Shown here: in pieces, positions 14,201 through 27,480 of the stretch
Numbering within the stretch: position 1 is the stretch's first letter
Layout of the letters: each line of letters begins with the position of its first letter
DNA from: Eledone cirrhosa
Taxonomy: Eukaryota
Length of the DNA: 64,000 nt
Direction: 5' to 3'
Assembly: GCA_964016885.1 (NCBI GenBank)
Contig: OZ024740.1
Coordinates: 384,338,001 to 384,402,000, forward strand
Program-made: the position numbers and the translations under genes
The notes under the pieces: generated by a model
What the model saw: only the letters and a program-made list of their open reading frames with translations
What the model was told of the DNA's origin: nothing
Database searches by the model: none

Positions 14201-17052
14201 CTGTGTAGCTGACTATCTTGAATTGTGGACAGCCTATGCTAGACTTATCTATTTTCCTACAAAATAATCTATCTAGATATGATCTGAATGACCCTATGCG
14301 ATTTGTCCAAGTCCACATTGGCACAATCGGGAAATCCAATCGTTACCTGTCAGACAGTTCAAAACGCCTGAGCAGGTTGGTGAGGCTCTTGCACCTTCCT
14401 CCCCTATCCGCTAATCCCACACAGTCCCAGCGTGTATCTAAGATCCCGTTCCAGTCGCCCACTAACTCTAAAGAGAGGGACGTTCCAAGAAAGGTCTCCA
14501 GACGCCGGAAGAAATCAGGCCTCCCTGCTCCTGTCGGGGTATAGACGGCCACTAGCCTGAAAGCTTGCCCGTCTCCGCTGGTCACGTCCAGCAGCACCAA
14601 CTTACCTTCTAGGTCCAGGAAGATGGCTCGTATGGCGATAACCAAACCTCACCGAAAAAGCACATCAACTCCTCCCCCCGATACAGGACGGCTGGTAGAT
14701 GCGTACACATCGTAGCCGCCGAAGATCGGTGCGAAGGCCCGTGCTTCGGAGATTCTCGTCTCGCTGATGGCCACTACATCTATGTTTAGTGACCTGAGGT
14801 TGTTGAGCAGTTGGCCCTGCTTCCATGACGACCCCAAGCCACGCGCATTTATGCTGCCTATTTTGAGTGAGGTCATGTTGATATGGAGCGGAAAAGATGG
14901 GAAAGACCACCTACCTTACTTCTCGTAGAGGAAGGATGCTTTCTCCATCCTTTTCACTGCTTCTGGCTTCCTCCGGAAGGATGTCCTTATAAATCCCCCT
15001 GGAGAGTGTTTGTCGGAAGTCTCCGATCGTCTTTGGGGAATTTTTGTTTTAGTGTCGTGTACGTTTTCTGTGTGATGCGAGTGATCTGTATGTGTGGAGG
15101 TGGTGTGAGCTTTTGGGTTGTTGTGTAGTCTTTTTCTGTGATGCTGGTGTTGTGTTGGATGTAGTGTAATAATTGGTTGTTGTTCAAATTTAATGCTGTG
15201 TAGTGTGTATCGTTTTCGTTGTTTGTTTTGTTTGCGTTTGTTGTGGGTTTGTTTCTGTTTCGCTTTTTGGTGACATTTGTGGTGTTGGTGATGGTGGTGT
15301 TGGGGTTGATGGCGGTGATGGTGTTGGTGTTTGTGCTGATGTGGATGGTGGCATAGCTGTCCTACATTTTTTGTTTGATAGTTTATTTGTTTGCCTCTGT
15401 ATTTTGTTTTTGGAGAGGGAAGGAAGAGAATTTTTTCTTTTATGGTTTCTTATTCTTTTTTTCTTTTTTTCTTTTTTTCTTTTTTTCTGATACCGTTTCC
15501 CACTCCTCGTCGTCACAATCTGTCTCCAGTTGCGATAGGTCGGGGAGTGGAAAATCCTCCACAGGCGTTGGTTTTGGTTGTGGCGCGGTGGATGGTGTTG
15601 GCGCTGGTGCTAGTTCTGGCGCGTTGGGTGGCGGTGGTGTTGGTTTTGCTACTGTTGCTGGGGTTGTTGTTGCTACAGTTGCTTCTGTTGTTGCTGCTAC
15701 AGTTGTTGCTGCCATTTCTGTTGCTGGTAGTGTTGATGGTTGAGTCACTGGGGTGGGTAAGAGAGGTGGCCTCAACCTTTTAGCCTGAGGGCAGAAAGCC
15801 TTTAGGTGGGTTCCTTCACCACAAACGACACACCTAGGCCTTCTACTCTCAACGATTACGGTGAGGTGGCTTACGTCAGTGAGGTCTATTACCTCTGGGA
15901 TCTCTCCAATGCTTTTTTGGTCCGCTTGGATCAGGAGCTCCATCCCAGATCCGGATCATTTCTCCTGTTTTTCTTTTGCTATTTCTATTATTTTGGTGTT
16001 GGTCTCGATGCTGGCGAGGATGGCAGCCATTAGTCAGGGAATTTTGATGGCCGGTGGAACATGGGTCACCCTGATCTTTACGAGTCTCTGGCCACAATAG
16101 CTTGGGACAAGTGTGAAGTGGTCGCTTCTTAATGGGGCCATGGAGTGCTCTCTGGCCCCCTGTGGTGTTCCAAAGAACACATCCACGGTTCCATATGTCT
16201 GCCCACGTCTGATGTGGGTTTTTTTGCCCACACATGTCCCAAAGATTTTTGAATTTGGGACTCGGATGCCCGTTCCAATCGGCGCGATTTCATATTAATA
16301 GTCCGATAAGAAACGGTGCATAGGCGCCGATGCTCCATTTTATTTGGTTTCAGGGGTGGGGGGAGGCTGACCCATCTTTCTTTACCATTCTCTTGGCTTC
16401 ATCTAATTCCCCCTGAGTTACCTGGGTTGTTTCGCATTTTATGGCTGCTTTGGCAAAGACACGGTGTTATTCTCATTGTTTTTGTTGCTGTTGTTGTTAT
16501 TGTTATTTTTGTTATTGTTATTTTTAGTTTCAGTTGTGGTGGTGGTGGCGTCAGTGGTGTTCGGTGTGAAAGAGTCCATTCTGGGTGAATCCATTTCGAT
16601 TTCACGAGATAATTTATTTTTTTCTTTTGTTTCTGTTGTCGCTGTGGTGGTGGTAGGGGTGGCGGCTTCAACACCTGCAGTCATTGGTAATGGTGGGAAA
16701 TGAATGTCTGCATGAGACAAATTTTAATTATTGCTACTGCTTATATTTTTAGTGTTGGCAAACGTAGTAATATTTACAATGGTGGTGTCGGTGTGAGGTG
16801 TTAGTTTGTGAGGAAGGTGTGGCTGTGAGTCGTCCATGATTTTTTCAAAGAAATTTTTTGTTTGATAATTATAAAAGTATAAATTTTGGGCTTAAGGCCC
16901 CAATCTTTTTGAGTGTACTTTTCCGAAAGCAAATTTTGTGACCTTTTAAACAGTTAACAACAAAAATTTTCCTTAAATGGCAATTTTAAACAAACGAAAA
17001 CAACAAACCTTTGCGGAGCTCACGATGAAACGATTTATTACGTAGGTCGCCA

Positions 17053-17056
<4 letters not shown>
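11223..17056 (-). mobile_element. Tx1/L1-clade element copy 3, apparently full length, frameshifted
   Basis: ORF1 knuckle CVVCGEGTHLKAFC; APE 14031-14876; RT 12804-13541 (SKAFD, RQGCPLS, YADD); C-terminal CPRC..H...C; (AAT)n on both flanks. Confidence 0.95.
12804..13541 (-). pseudogene. Tx1 ORF2 reverse transcriptase domain (disrupted ORF)
   Basis: KSPGLDG, FRPITLLN, QGCPLS and YADD motifs. Confidence 0.93.
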
Positions 17057-17097
<41 letters not shown>

Positions 17098-20000
17098 GAC
17101 AAGGGAGAGGCTAGCAAAAGATATAAATAGATTGACTTAGTGACACGGCCACCGGCCAAACGTCAACATCAGCAACTATGTGACTGCTGGCTCACCCCTT
17201 CCTCACCAACAATATAAAAAGCGCCGGCACCACCACCGACATGGCCAACAACAATAACAGGCAACTTCAGCAAAAAGTATATTATATTATTGTAATGCAC
17301 TGGGTGATTGCTGGCCTTGTGCCTGGAGGGGAGACAATTATTAATAATTTCATTCTTAAGCCACGCAATGCTCACATTAAGGAACCACTCATGATAATAA
17401 CAATTTAAAATAACAACAAAAAGAAAACCCCGTGACCGGGATGGCGGCCGGCGGGGAATAGCCGTGTCTCTAGGGGAGAACGACCTCTCTAGTCTTGGTT
17501 GACACTCGTTCTAGAAGTGGTAACACGAAATGATTACCCCTTGACGGATAAGGATAAAACGCGACAAAATAAAGTAAATGTCTAATGATAAAATCTCATA
17601 CCGGATCGGCCGTCACCCGGGTAAAAAAGAGGCGCGTCCCTCAGAGAGGAACCAGACTGGGGTCGAAAAATCAGCTAATGGTTCAAACCTTCCCATCACT
17701 TCGGAGCTGGAGACCTCCCATAACCGGAATACTCCTACAGTTGGCCCTCCATGCTCACCACCAAGAAATCCAAAGAAAAAGAGAGAAAAATGGTCAAGGG
17801 AAGATAATAAAGAAGTCCTTGAGGCTTTCTACACTGCCATGTACTACCCATCAAATACATTGAATACAGAACAGACATATATCAACTGGAAAAAGAAACA
17901 TCCCGAAAACAGAGGCTATATTGACAGTAACAAACTAACCAATATACGAAGAAATATTGTAAGAAAAAAGTTACTAAGTGATATAGAAATTGATCAGATC
18001 AAGCTATTAGCACAAAGTCAGCGAAGGGAAAATGAAACATGTGTCAGTGAGAACGAGGTAAATTGTAACACTTCGAATCCCAGGGTTGGGGCGGAATCAC
18101 TGGCAACAGAACAAATTAAAGAAAGGATCGAAAAAGTGGAGGGAGTGCATGCTCAAGATGAAACTCCAAATGAAAATAATGAGATCGTAAATGATAAAGA
18201 AATGAATGAGAATGAACTTGCCAACTTGAAGGATGAAATTATGATCGAATGGATGAAAATGAAAGAATCTGACATGGGGCAACGAGACAGAACTCCAAAC
18301 AGAACCAAAAGATAATACACAAGACTAACATAATTCTCAAAAACATTATCATCACAAACAAACTAAACATTACTGATTTAAATCATCTCTATTATGCATC
18401 GGCTAAAGTCACCACTCACTTATGTGGAGTGAAGATGAAAAAGCAAAGGAATTCCCACAAGAAATCTACTTGGCAAGAGAACATGAATCGCCAAATAAAC
18501 CTTCTCCGATCTGACATAGAAATTTTAACAAACTATAAAGTAGGTGAACATGTTAAACAAACTAAACTTAGAAAATTGAAAAATAAGTACAGTATAAAAT
18601 CAACATGTGACATAGACATGCTGATAGAAATAATCAAGCGAAAAGTGTCGGCCAAAGCTGCTCGTATAAGGCGCTTTGAAAAACGATCTAGATTCTATAA
18701 GGACAATAATATGTTCAAAAACAACCAAAGAAACTTCTACAAAAAAATTGGTAAGTCAACAATAACTACTAAATCAATACCAGCCAAGGAGGAAGTGCAA
18801 GAATTCTGGCAAAAGATCTGGGCCGAAGAAAAAGTTCATAACATACATGCCCCATGGATAGACAGACAAATGAAAGATACAGCTCACCTTGAGGAACAAA
18901 TATGGGAAAATATAACAGTTGAACAGTTGCGCTTGGCTCTAAGAAAAACCAGCAAATGGAAATCCCCAGGAAAAGACAAAATACAAAACTTTTGGATAAA
19001 TGCCTTCACAGAGTCTCATGAGCTGTTAGCCCAACTTTACAATGAAATAGTTAAGGAGCCAGAAAAGATACCATCATGGCTAGTTAACGGCATTACATTC
19101 CTGCTTCCGAAGAATGATGAGACAAACAATCCCAAAAATTACAGACCGATAACTTGCTTGACCACAATGTATAAAATGTTAACATCAGTCCTAACTGAAT
19201 ACACATATGACCCCCTGATAACAAATGACCTATTTCCCATTGAGCAGAAAGGGTGTAAACGAGGCTCATATGGCTGTAAGGATCATCTTCTGGTTAACAA
19301 AATGATACTGGAAGATTGTCATAATAGACACAAAAATCTATCGATTGCTTGGATAGATTATTTAAAAGCATTCGATAGTTTGCCACACAGTTGGATTGAA
19401 AAATATTTAGAGAGTTTCAAAATATCCCCCGTTGTCAGGAGGTTTTTGTCATTCAGTATGAAGACATGGAAAACGACACTCCTTTTGAATAGTGAAACAA
19501 AATCACTGGAAGCTGGAGAAGTTAATATTAATTGTGGAATTTTTCAGGGTGACTCTTTATAACCGCTTTTATTCTGCATCCCACATATACCATTAAGTAA
19601 AATGCTCAATGAAACAAAACATGGATATAAAGTCTATGACAAAACCCTTAATCACCTGTTCTACATGGATGACCTGAAACTATTTGCAAAAAATGATGAA
19701 CAATTGCAAGGTCTATTATCCACTGTGGAGCAGTTCAGTGATGACATTAAAATGGAGTTTGGACTAGATAAATGCGCCAAAGCAACGTTCACCAGAGGAA
19801 AGCTGCTGAAGAGTTCAGACATTAATCTTGATCAGGGGAACGTGATAAGAGAACTTGATCAAGAAAAAACTTACAAATATCTAGGTGTTTGTGAAGGAGA
19901 CGGAATCAAGCACTCGACAATGAGGGAAAGGATAAGGAAGGAATGTTACCGCAGAGTAAGGGCAATCTTAAGAACGGAATTGAATGCAAGGAATAGGATC

Positions 20001-21330
20001 GATGCCATAAACACGCTTGCCATACCAGTAGTAACCTACAGTTACAATGTCATCAACTGGTCAAGCACAGAGATCCGTAGGCTCGATACAAAAATTAGAA
20101 AATTCTTAACCATGCACAGAATGCATCACCCTAAGGCAGATATAGATGGAATATATCTCCCTAGGAAAGAAGGAGGACGTGGGTTAATCCAGTTAGACAT
20201 TGCGTTGAAAACTGCAACAATTGGATTATCTACATATCTAAGGGAATCACATGATTGGATGATCAAACTCGTTTTGAAACACGAAAGCATCAAAAGATGC
20301 ACAAAGATACAGTAATGGACTACAAATTTCAGAAGTCCCATTTACTGCTGAAATGGAAAACAGAAAAAGCAAAGCAGGTAAAAGTAACTACAAAGAAAGA
20401 ACTGCTACAGAAACTGGCTAAGAAATGGCAAGAAAAGCCTCTGTATGGAAAATACCCAGAAAGAGCTAACAATCCTGATGTTGACAAAACTTTAACCCAT
20501 CAGTGGTTGGCATCCTCTGGACTGAAATTGGAGACTGAAGGACTGATTATATCAGCACAAGATCAGTGTCTGCTAACAAAAAATTACCAACCCAACATAA
20601 TAAAAATGGATGCAGCCCATTATGCCGTGTATGCAAAAAACAACCAGAGACCATTGACCATATAATTTCAATGTGCAGTCCTATAGCTCCAACCGAATAC
20701 CTAAACATGCATGACAGAGCTGCACAATACATACATTGGATAATGTGTAAGCATTTTGATCTGCCACATCAAAAGAATTGGTGGGAGCATCAACCACCTC
20801 CCATACTTGAAAAAGATCACATCTCAATCTTGTGAACTTTAGCATCCAAACAGACCGAAAAATAGATGCAAATAGACCTGATATAATATTGAAGGACTTT
20901 AAAAAGAGGGTATGCCTGCTAATTGATATGTCTGTGACAATAGACAAGAATGTATCTATAAAAACATTTGAAAAATTGAGCAAGTATAAGGACCTGGAGA
21001 TAGAAATTGGAAAAATGTGGAAATTGAGAACTAAAACAATACCAGTGGTTGTAGGCGCTCTGGGAATGATTACTTATCGCAAATGATTACTTATCGCAAA
21101 TCACAGGAAACCCGCGTATAGGAGAAATACAAAATATAGTACGAATGGAAACTGCCCATATACTAAGGAAGATTCTGTCAATATAAGTACATCACAAGTC
21201 TAAACACTAAAGATGCATGTGTGAGTATGTATGTTCTTTCTTGAACATGGCGGACCTTGTTGTCTCTTGAGGTCACTGGTTGTGACTTGGTGATAACTCG
21301 TATGAACATAAAGCAAGATAAATGCAACTG
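17098..21330 (+). mobile_element. R4/Dong-clade RLE non-LTR retrotransposon, near full length, with stops and frameshifts
   Basis: N-terminal KWSREDNKEVLEAFY; RT YRPITCL, IDYLKAFDS, GIFQGDSL, YMDD; CRVC..ETIDHIISMC zinc knuckle; RPDIIL..LIDMSV..KLSKY restriction-like endonuclease; (TAA)n at both ends, the known Dong target. Confidence 0.92.
17292..17345 (+). mobile_element. 5'-truncated SINE tail nested in the Dong 5' UTR
   Basis: gtaatgcactgggtgattgctggccttgtgcct...acaattatt matches the SINE 3' end. Confidence 0.75.
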
Positions 21331-21380
21331 TAATAATAATAATAATAATGATATTTATTATTATTATTATTATTATTATT

Positions 21381-22107
21381 CTGTGAGTCTTAGTCATTGA
21401 CGTTAGTTAACTGGAAGGTTTGTTGAAATGAATATCAAGCCAATACCTGCAGCCTCAGACATGCAGGACGTATCCGAGGGTTCTTGCTGTTCCCAGCAAG
21501 CATGCCTTTTGAAGTGTTCCAAAAAGCGGGGCTGGACTAATCTCCTTTAACCATCCTTGGAAACTATTTTAGATAGTACCCAGTGCGTCTCTGGCAATCG
21601 GGACGACCATGATTTCACGGCAGCTCCAAATCCTTTTTAACTCCCACTTTAAATCCTGGTATCGGTTAATATTCTCCCTCTCCTTTTTTTGCACTCTCGT
21701 CTCAAATGGGCACGCTACATCTACAATCAGGCACCATCTTTTTTCCTTGTCCAAAACCACCAGGTCAGGCCTATTGTGTTCTGATTTTTGTCCGTCTGTA
21801 TTCTAAAATCCCATAGCACCTTCACCTGATCGTTTTCTATCACCGACTCTAGCTTGTGCTCATACCACTTCTCAGAATGTGGTAAATTATTTACTTGGCA
21901 TAGGTGCCAGTGGTCACCCTGCCTGTCACATCATGTTTCCAGCCTTTATAGTGAGTCTGGGCTAGGTGTTTACACTGGGATACTATGTGAGCCAGAGTCT
22001 CCTCTCTCTCCACATATCCTATACAGCGAGCTAGCCTCCTCATTGTCAATCTGGTGTCTCACCCACTTCGTTCTGAGAGCTTGCTCTGCTGCAGCCATTA
22101 GCATTCC
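21381..22107 (-). mobile_element. Second R4/Dong element, 3' fragment from a different subfamily
   Basis: GMLMAAAEQALRT, RPDLVVLDK..CLIVDVACP..RYQDL RLE motifs; flanked by (TTA)n, which is (TAA)n on its sense strand. Confidence 0.85.
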
Positions 22108-22124
22108 TTATTATTATTATTATT

Positions 22125-25100
22125 GGTCTGTTCGGACGTCCTTTTTGCTCGCTCCCAGTAAGTCGCTTTATTTACCTGTTATAATTATTTGTTGTTAAAT
22201 GTTTCTTCTTGTGTAGGGGATATAAGCCCTCGGAATTTACCCTGTGAAGGGGAAAGTATATTTGGGCCTTTTAGCCCAAATATTTGAACAATATTTGAAC
22301 AATTTACTTTTGAAAATTTACAGAAAAAAACAAAAAAACATGGCTGAGCTACGCCCCAAGCAATATGCCTGCTGTTGTGTGACAACGGCGTAAAAGTTGA
22401 GAGGAGGGTTACAGAACCTCATACAACAAACACCAACACAAACAACGTGAACAAAGACAACACTGAGAAAACTAATTTTTAAAAAATTACCACACCAAAT
22501 TCAACAATAATAGCATCATCCAAAATACAGACAACAGAAAAAATGACATAAAATGCAACAACGATATTAACACCACTAACAAGAAAATAAACAACGACAA
22601 CACTAACAGCAACAATACAAATTGTACCGAAAACAACAATAACGGTGGCACCAAAAACACAACCAACTACAACAGTGATAAGAGCAACAACACCGTTTGT
22701 AGCAGTAGCAACAGCAACAGCACCAACAACAAGACCATTAGCAGCAGTAGAGGCAGCAATAATGGTGCCGCTGAAAAAGGAGCCCTTCTTTCGCAGGTGT
22801 GACCAGAAATATAGAGACAGTGCTAGTCACGGAGGAGGAGATGGCAGTCGCAAGAGCCATGGTGACAATGAATGAAATTAGAGTTTCCCTGAAACCTCCA
22901 CCCGATTTCTTCAAAGACCAGCAGCTGCGCACGGTGACTTACCGCACCCTAAGCAAGATGTCGCATCCGGGGGAGAGATCCACGGAGACTCAAATCCAAA
23001 AGGCCTTCAGGTGCGTCTGGTCGCGCAAAACCCACTTCGCCCGAGGCAAAAAGTACGCCACAGTAGAGGTACATTTCGCCACTCCCCAAGAGGCGAAGTC
23101 TCAAACTTTGGAAACCCTAAAGAGTGAGGAGATAGTCTTGGTGCTCTCCTATTGCGGGCAGAAAATTGTGAGGGTCAAAGTGACCCAGGCCCTGCTTACG
23201 TGCCCATACCTTGGCTGGCCGTGTCTGTACTGGCTGGAATCGAGGAGAAGACCACCATACTGCAGAGAAGGTGAATAGAGAACTGGTCAGGAACAAGCAT
23301 GCAAATGCTAATACTGACCAGTAGTGCATCGAGGCCATCCCAGATATCATAGACCTCGAAGGAGGATTCTAGCTCCCTATAAGTGTGGAAGGAAGGCACC
23401 CAAAGTGCTATCTCTGTGTGCAGAAGGGTCACCTCAGGGTCTTCTGCCCGCAGAAGACAGCCAGGAAGAGGACCCCCCCCCCCTTCTGACGCTGAATCCG
23501 CTGCTACCAATAGCAGGCAGGCAACGGAGGCAGAAGACCCTTCCATGGTGAATAGGACGGCAAAGTGCATGGCACCCATACCAAGGCCACGGACAACTAA
23601 AACAGCGCCAACAGTGGCAGCAACACCAACAGTCGCAGTAGCTACACCAGAGGCAAAATCGCCGTGGCGGGCTCCACTACCACCACCGACAGCAGTGGAG
23701 CTCATACCCCTTCCAGACGCCACGAAATCCGACATGGAGTATGAGGCGGGGGGGGTGGGTGAGTGGCAAACGGTCTGCCACAAGAAAACAAAAAAGGAAA
23801 AACCCCTTAACTTCACCGTCCAAAAGCGAAGGCAAACGAAGAGGGGTAAAGGCTGCAAGGAGACTTGCAGCAACACCACCACCATCAGCATCACCACCAC
23901 AAACATCATCACCAACACCAACCGCACTACCAGAAGCATCACCAAAATCACCAACATCGCAAACACAACAAAACACACACACCCAACAGCAACAACAAGA
24001 AAACAGTCCCCCCCCCCAAAAAAAAAAAGTACACAGCCTTAAACATGGCAAATAAAGAACTCTTACAACATATAAAGCAGCACGCATACATCACAAAAAA
24101 AAACTACTGCAGCCCACCAACACCAAGAACTCTCCCGAAAAACATAAACATCATTGAAATAAAAAAAGAACATTACAAACTTTAAAACAAAATTTCCCCA
24201 ACGCAGTTGGAGACTTCAGAAGGTCGGTTACCAAGAGGATACACCCACATCCTCTTGGAAAGATCCTTGACCAGCCAAAGGGACGGTTCTACTGTCCCTT
24301 CACCACACGATCAAGGTAAGTGATCCTTTCTCACTTACCCCGTTTCTCATCTAACATGGCCGTACTTAGAATGGGCAGTATAAATGCAATCATCTTGGAA
24401 GCAGAGTCACATGCTCAACGACCTCAGGTCACTAAACATAGATGAGGTGGCCATCAGCGTGACGAGAATCTCTGAAGCATGAGCCTTCGTACCGATCTTC
24501 AGCGGCTACTATGTATACGCATCTCCCAGCCGTCCAGGATCGAGGGGAGGGGTTGCCGTGCTTTTTCGGAGAGGCTTGGATCTCGCCATACGGGCCATCT
24601 TCCTGGACCCAGAAGGTAAGTCGGTGGTGCTGGACGTGACCGGCAGCGAAGGCAATGCTTTCAGGCTAGCAGCCGTCTAGGCCCCAACAGGAGCAGGACG
24701 GCCAGATTTCTTCAGACGTCTAGAGACCTTTCTTGGAACGTCCCGCTCTTTAGTGTTAGTGGGCGACCGGAATGGTATCTTAGATGCACACTGGGATTAT
24801 GTGGGGCTAGTAGACAGGGCATGAGGGTGTAAAAGCCTCAACAACCTGCTCAGACGGTTTGAACTGTCTGTCAGGTGTAGACTGGATTATCCGAATGTGC
24901 CAATGTGGATATGGGCAAACCGCATCGAGTCATCCAGATCATATCACCATAGGGTATTCTGTAGGAAAAGAGATAAGGCTAGCATAGGTTGTCCACAAAT
25001 TAATGTAGTCGACTACACAGACTACAAATTTGTGATCTGTGAAGTTGACTTAGATAGACTCCATAATCAAGGGCCTGGCTACTGGAAGCTGAACGCGTCG

Positions 25101-27475
25101 TTCTCGGTACGCAAAGCTTACAGAGACCGGATTCGCGAATTAGTTAAGCGTGCGTTGACCGGTGCGATCGTCAACAACAGGTGGTGGTTTAACCTGAGAA
25201 GGGCTTTTAGAGTAGAATCGATAAGGTTTAGCAAAGGAGTAGTGATAGAGGAAAATAGAGTAGGGCGAGTTATTTAGAAAGCTAGAAGAGGCATTTAGGA
25301 CAAGCATCGCAACCGACGTGCGTACGGCGAGATTGGCACTCGACCAATTCTTCAATGGGCCCGGGTGGTGGAGGTGCGACGTTGCTACAAGTCCACAATT
25401 CGGTCTTTGCCTAATCAAAACGGGCGCATGTTGCTCGAACCCAAGAAGATATGTGCGGATTTTCAACAGCACTTTGCTCAATTGTTCGGGAGCGGCGGCA
25501 GGTCGGATCGGAGTATGGACTTGGGTGCATACCTTGACGACAATGCTGCGAAAAGCCGATAACAGCAGGTGAAATGCGGGAAACGATGTCTGTCTGCACG
25601 AGGTGTAAATCGCCAGGTTTGGATGGTCTGCCCTACGAGTTTATGCGTATATGCCAGACTTATTCGGAGACCTCTTGGCATATGTCTAGTGTAACTGGCA
25701 GCAGAACGGGAGCATTCCCAGTTTTGTGAGCCGGGGAGTGGTGGCGCTGCTGAAAAAAGAGCCGAACAAGAGGGACGTTATACACAACTTCAGGCCCATA
25801 AATCTGCTAAACGCAGAGTTTAAAATTTTGTCCAAGGTGTTAGCAAAGAGATTGGCGCTTGTCGTCGGTGATCTGGTTGGAGAGGCGCAGACATGCGCCA
25901 TCCCGGACAGATCCATCCACGACAACCTCCATCTCATGCAATACATCATAGAGAGGGTGGTTGAGGTACCTGGCACGTGTGAGGCTCGATTAACTTGGAT
26001 CAATCTAAAGCATTTTATATGGTCGACCATCGGTACCTCGCTGCGGTAATCGAGGCGACCGGCTTCCCACTCGGTTTTAGAGGCTGGATCGCTCCGATGC
26101 ACAGCGACATTTGCTCGATTGTGAGGGTGAATGGTCACCTGTCGCAGCCTTTCAGCATCATGCGCTAGGTCCGCCAGGGTTTCCACCTCTCGTCCGTCCT
26201 GTACATACTGGCCCTCGAGCCGTTACTGCACAAATTGGAGACGATGAGAGAGTTCCAACGCGAACTGGGTTGCAGGAGTTCCGTGTCAGCTTACGCCGAC
26301 AACGTCACCGTGGTGGTGTCGAGTACCCGTTGTGTGGAGAACTGGGCATGCCATGGCTGATGATGCGCAAACATGCGCTGAGGCTGCGACATCTCTGGTG
26401 CTTCCTTGACGGTGAACAGGTCTGGTCGCCGTTTGCCAGGCGCGACTTTGCCCACCTTGTCTCCTTGACGGAGCTGCAGTCCTGGATCAGGAAAAGACCG
26501 AGGGATAGCGCTTGGAAGCTGGAATGTTTCCAAGCGCTCAACAACCTCTACCAGGTGGGCACTAGTATCGGTGGAACATCCACCTCGGTGTTCATTAGAG
26601 GGCTAGTGGAGGGAAAGAACAACGACGTTCTCGGGGACACCCTGGGTGCCGAAGACGATCAGCTGTCCGCTCTCTTCAAGAGAACTTTCAGACGGGGGCC
26701 TATGGACACACTCCAGAAATCCCTGGCCTGGCAGTGCTACCGGGGAGCGTTGCCGGTTCGGGATAAGCTTTACAGGAATGGAGGTGCTGTCAGCCGAGCC
26801 TGTCCGAGATGCGCGCAGGGCGACGAAACCGTCCTGCACGCACTCGTTCAGTTTCCGAGGATTGCTGACTTGTGGAGCTATGTCGAACAGCTGCTGCCGC
26901 GTGTAGGACGGATCCGGTTATCAACTGAGTCCATTGTGCAGATAGCCCCGCCATCCTCCTTTAAAGAGTGGGAAGGGATGGCAGTTGTCATCTGCCTGGT
27001 AGCCATGGCGAAAGAGATTGTGTGGTGGACAAGGTTAAAAGGGTTGAAGACGGACACTTTCAACTTCGGCCAATCCCTGATTACCTTTTTCAAGTTTCAT
27101 TTGAAGAGGAAAATCAGGATGGGAAGGCAAGTGCTGTCTTCTAGCAAGTTTGTTGAAAGGTGGGTGAAAGTGGCGAGTCTGGTCCGAGTGAACGGGCCCG
27201 CTCTGAGTATGCGCCTGTAGAATGAGGAGTGGGAAAACTGAGAGAGGGCGCTTGCCCTGGTTATCAGGGTGGCCGTGGTCTTTTTTTGTGTGGTTTTCGC
27301 CACGAGTGACTCTTGGATGTTTCCCCTTTTTGGGGGAATTTTCGTTGTTTGAATTTTTTTTATTTCTAGCTGATTTTGTTATAACGACCAAAACCCACTT
27401 TGTATCGTCCTGTAATGTTCTGTGCCGTCTATAATGTTTTTCTTCGTGTTAGCCCTTGTGGCCAATAAAGAAACC
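22125..27475 (+). mobile_element. Tx1/L1-clade element copy 4, with a deletion just after the YADD-equivalent motif
   Basis: ORF1 remnant (KCYLCVQKGHLRVFC); APE from ATG near 24356; RT 25580-26320; C-terminus to 27220; 3' cccttgtggccaataaagaaacc; (ATT)n at 5' end and a short ATTAT tail. Confidence 0.92.
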
Positions 27476-27480
27476 ATTAT

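Noticed and set aside
17600-17640. Twister-like ccgg..cccgggtaaa in the Dong element
   Set aside because: Lacks the tcccaag core and pseudoknot partners; more simply N-terminal coding sequence
21066-21100. 17-bp tandem duplication in the Dong RLE tail (and a 34-bp duplication at 37812-37879)
   Set aside because: Ordinary slippage decay
24313-24322. GGTAAGTG donor-like motif about 40 nt upstream of the ORF2 ATG in copies 2-4
   Set aside because: Equally explained as conserved G-K/R-W codons at the end of ORF1; no acceptor or spliced copy seen
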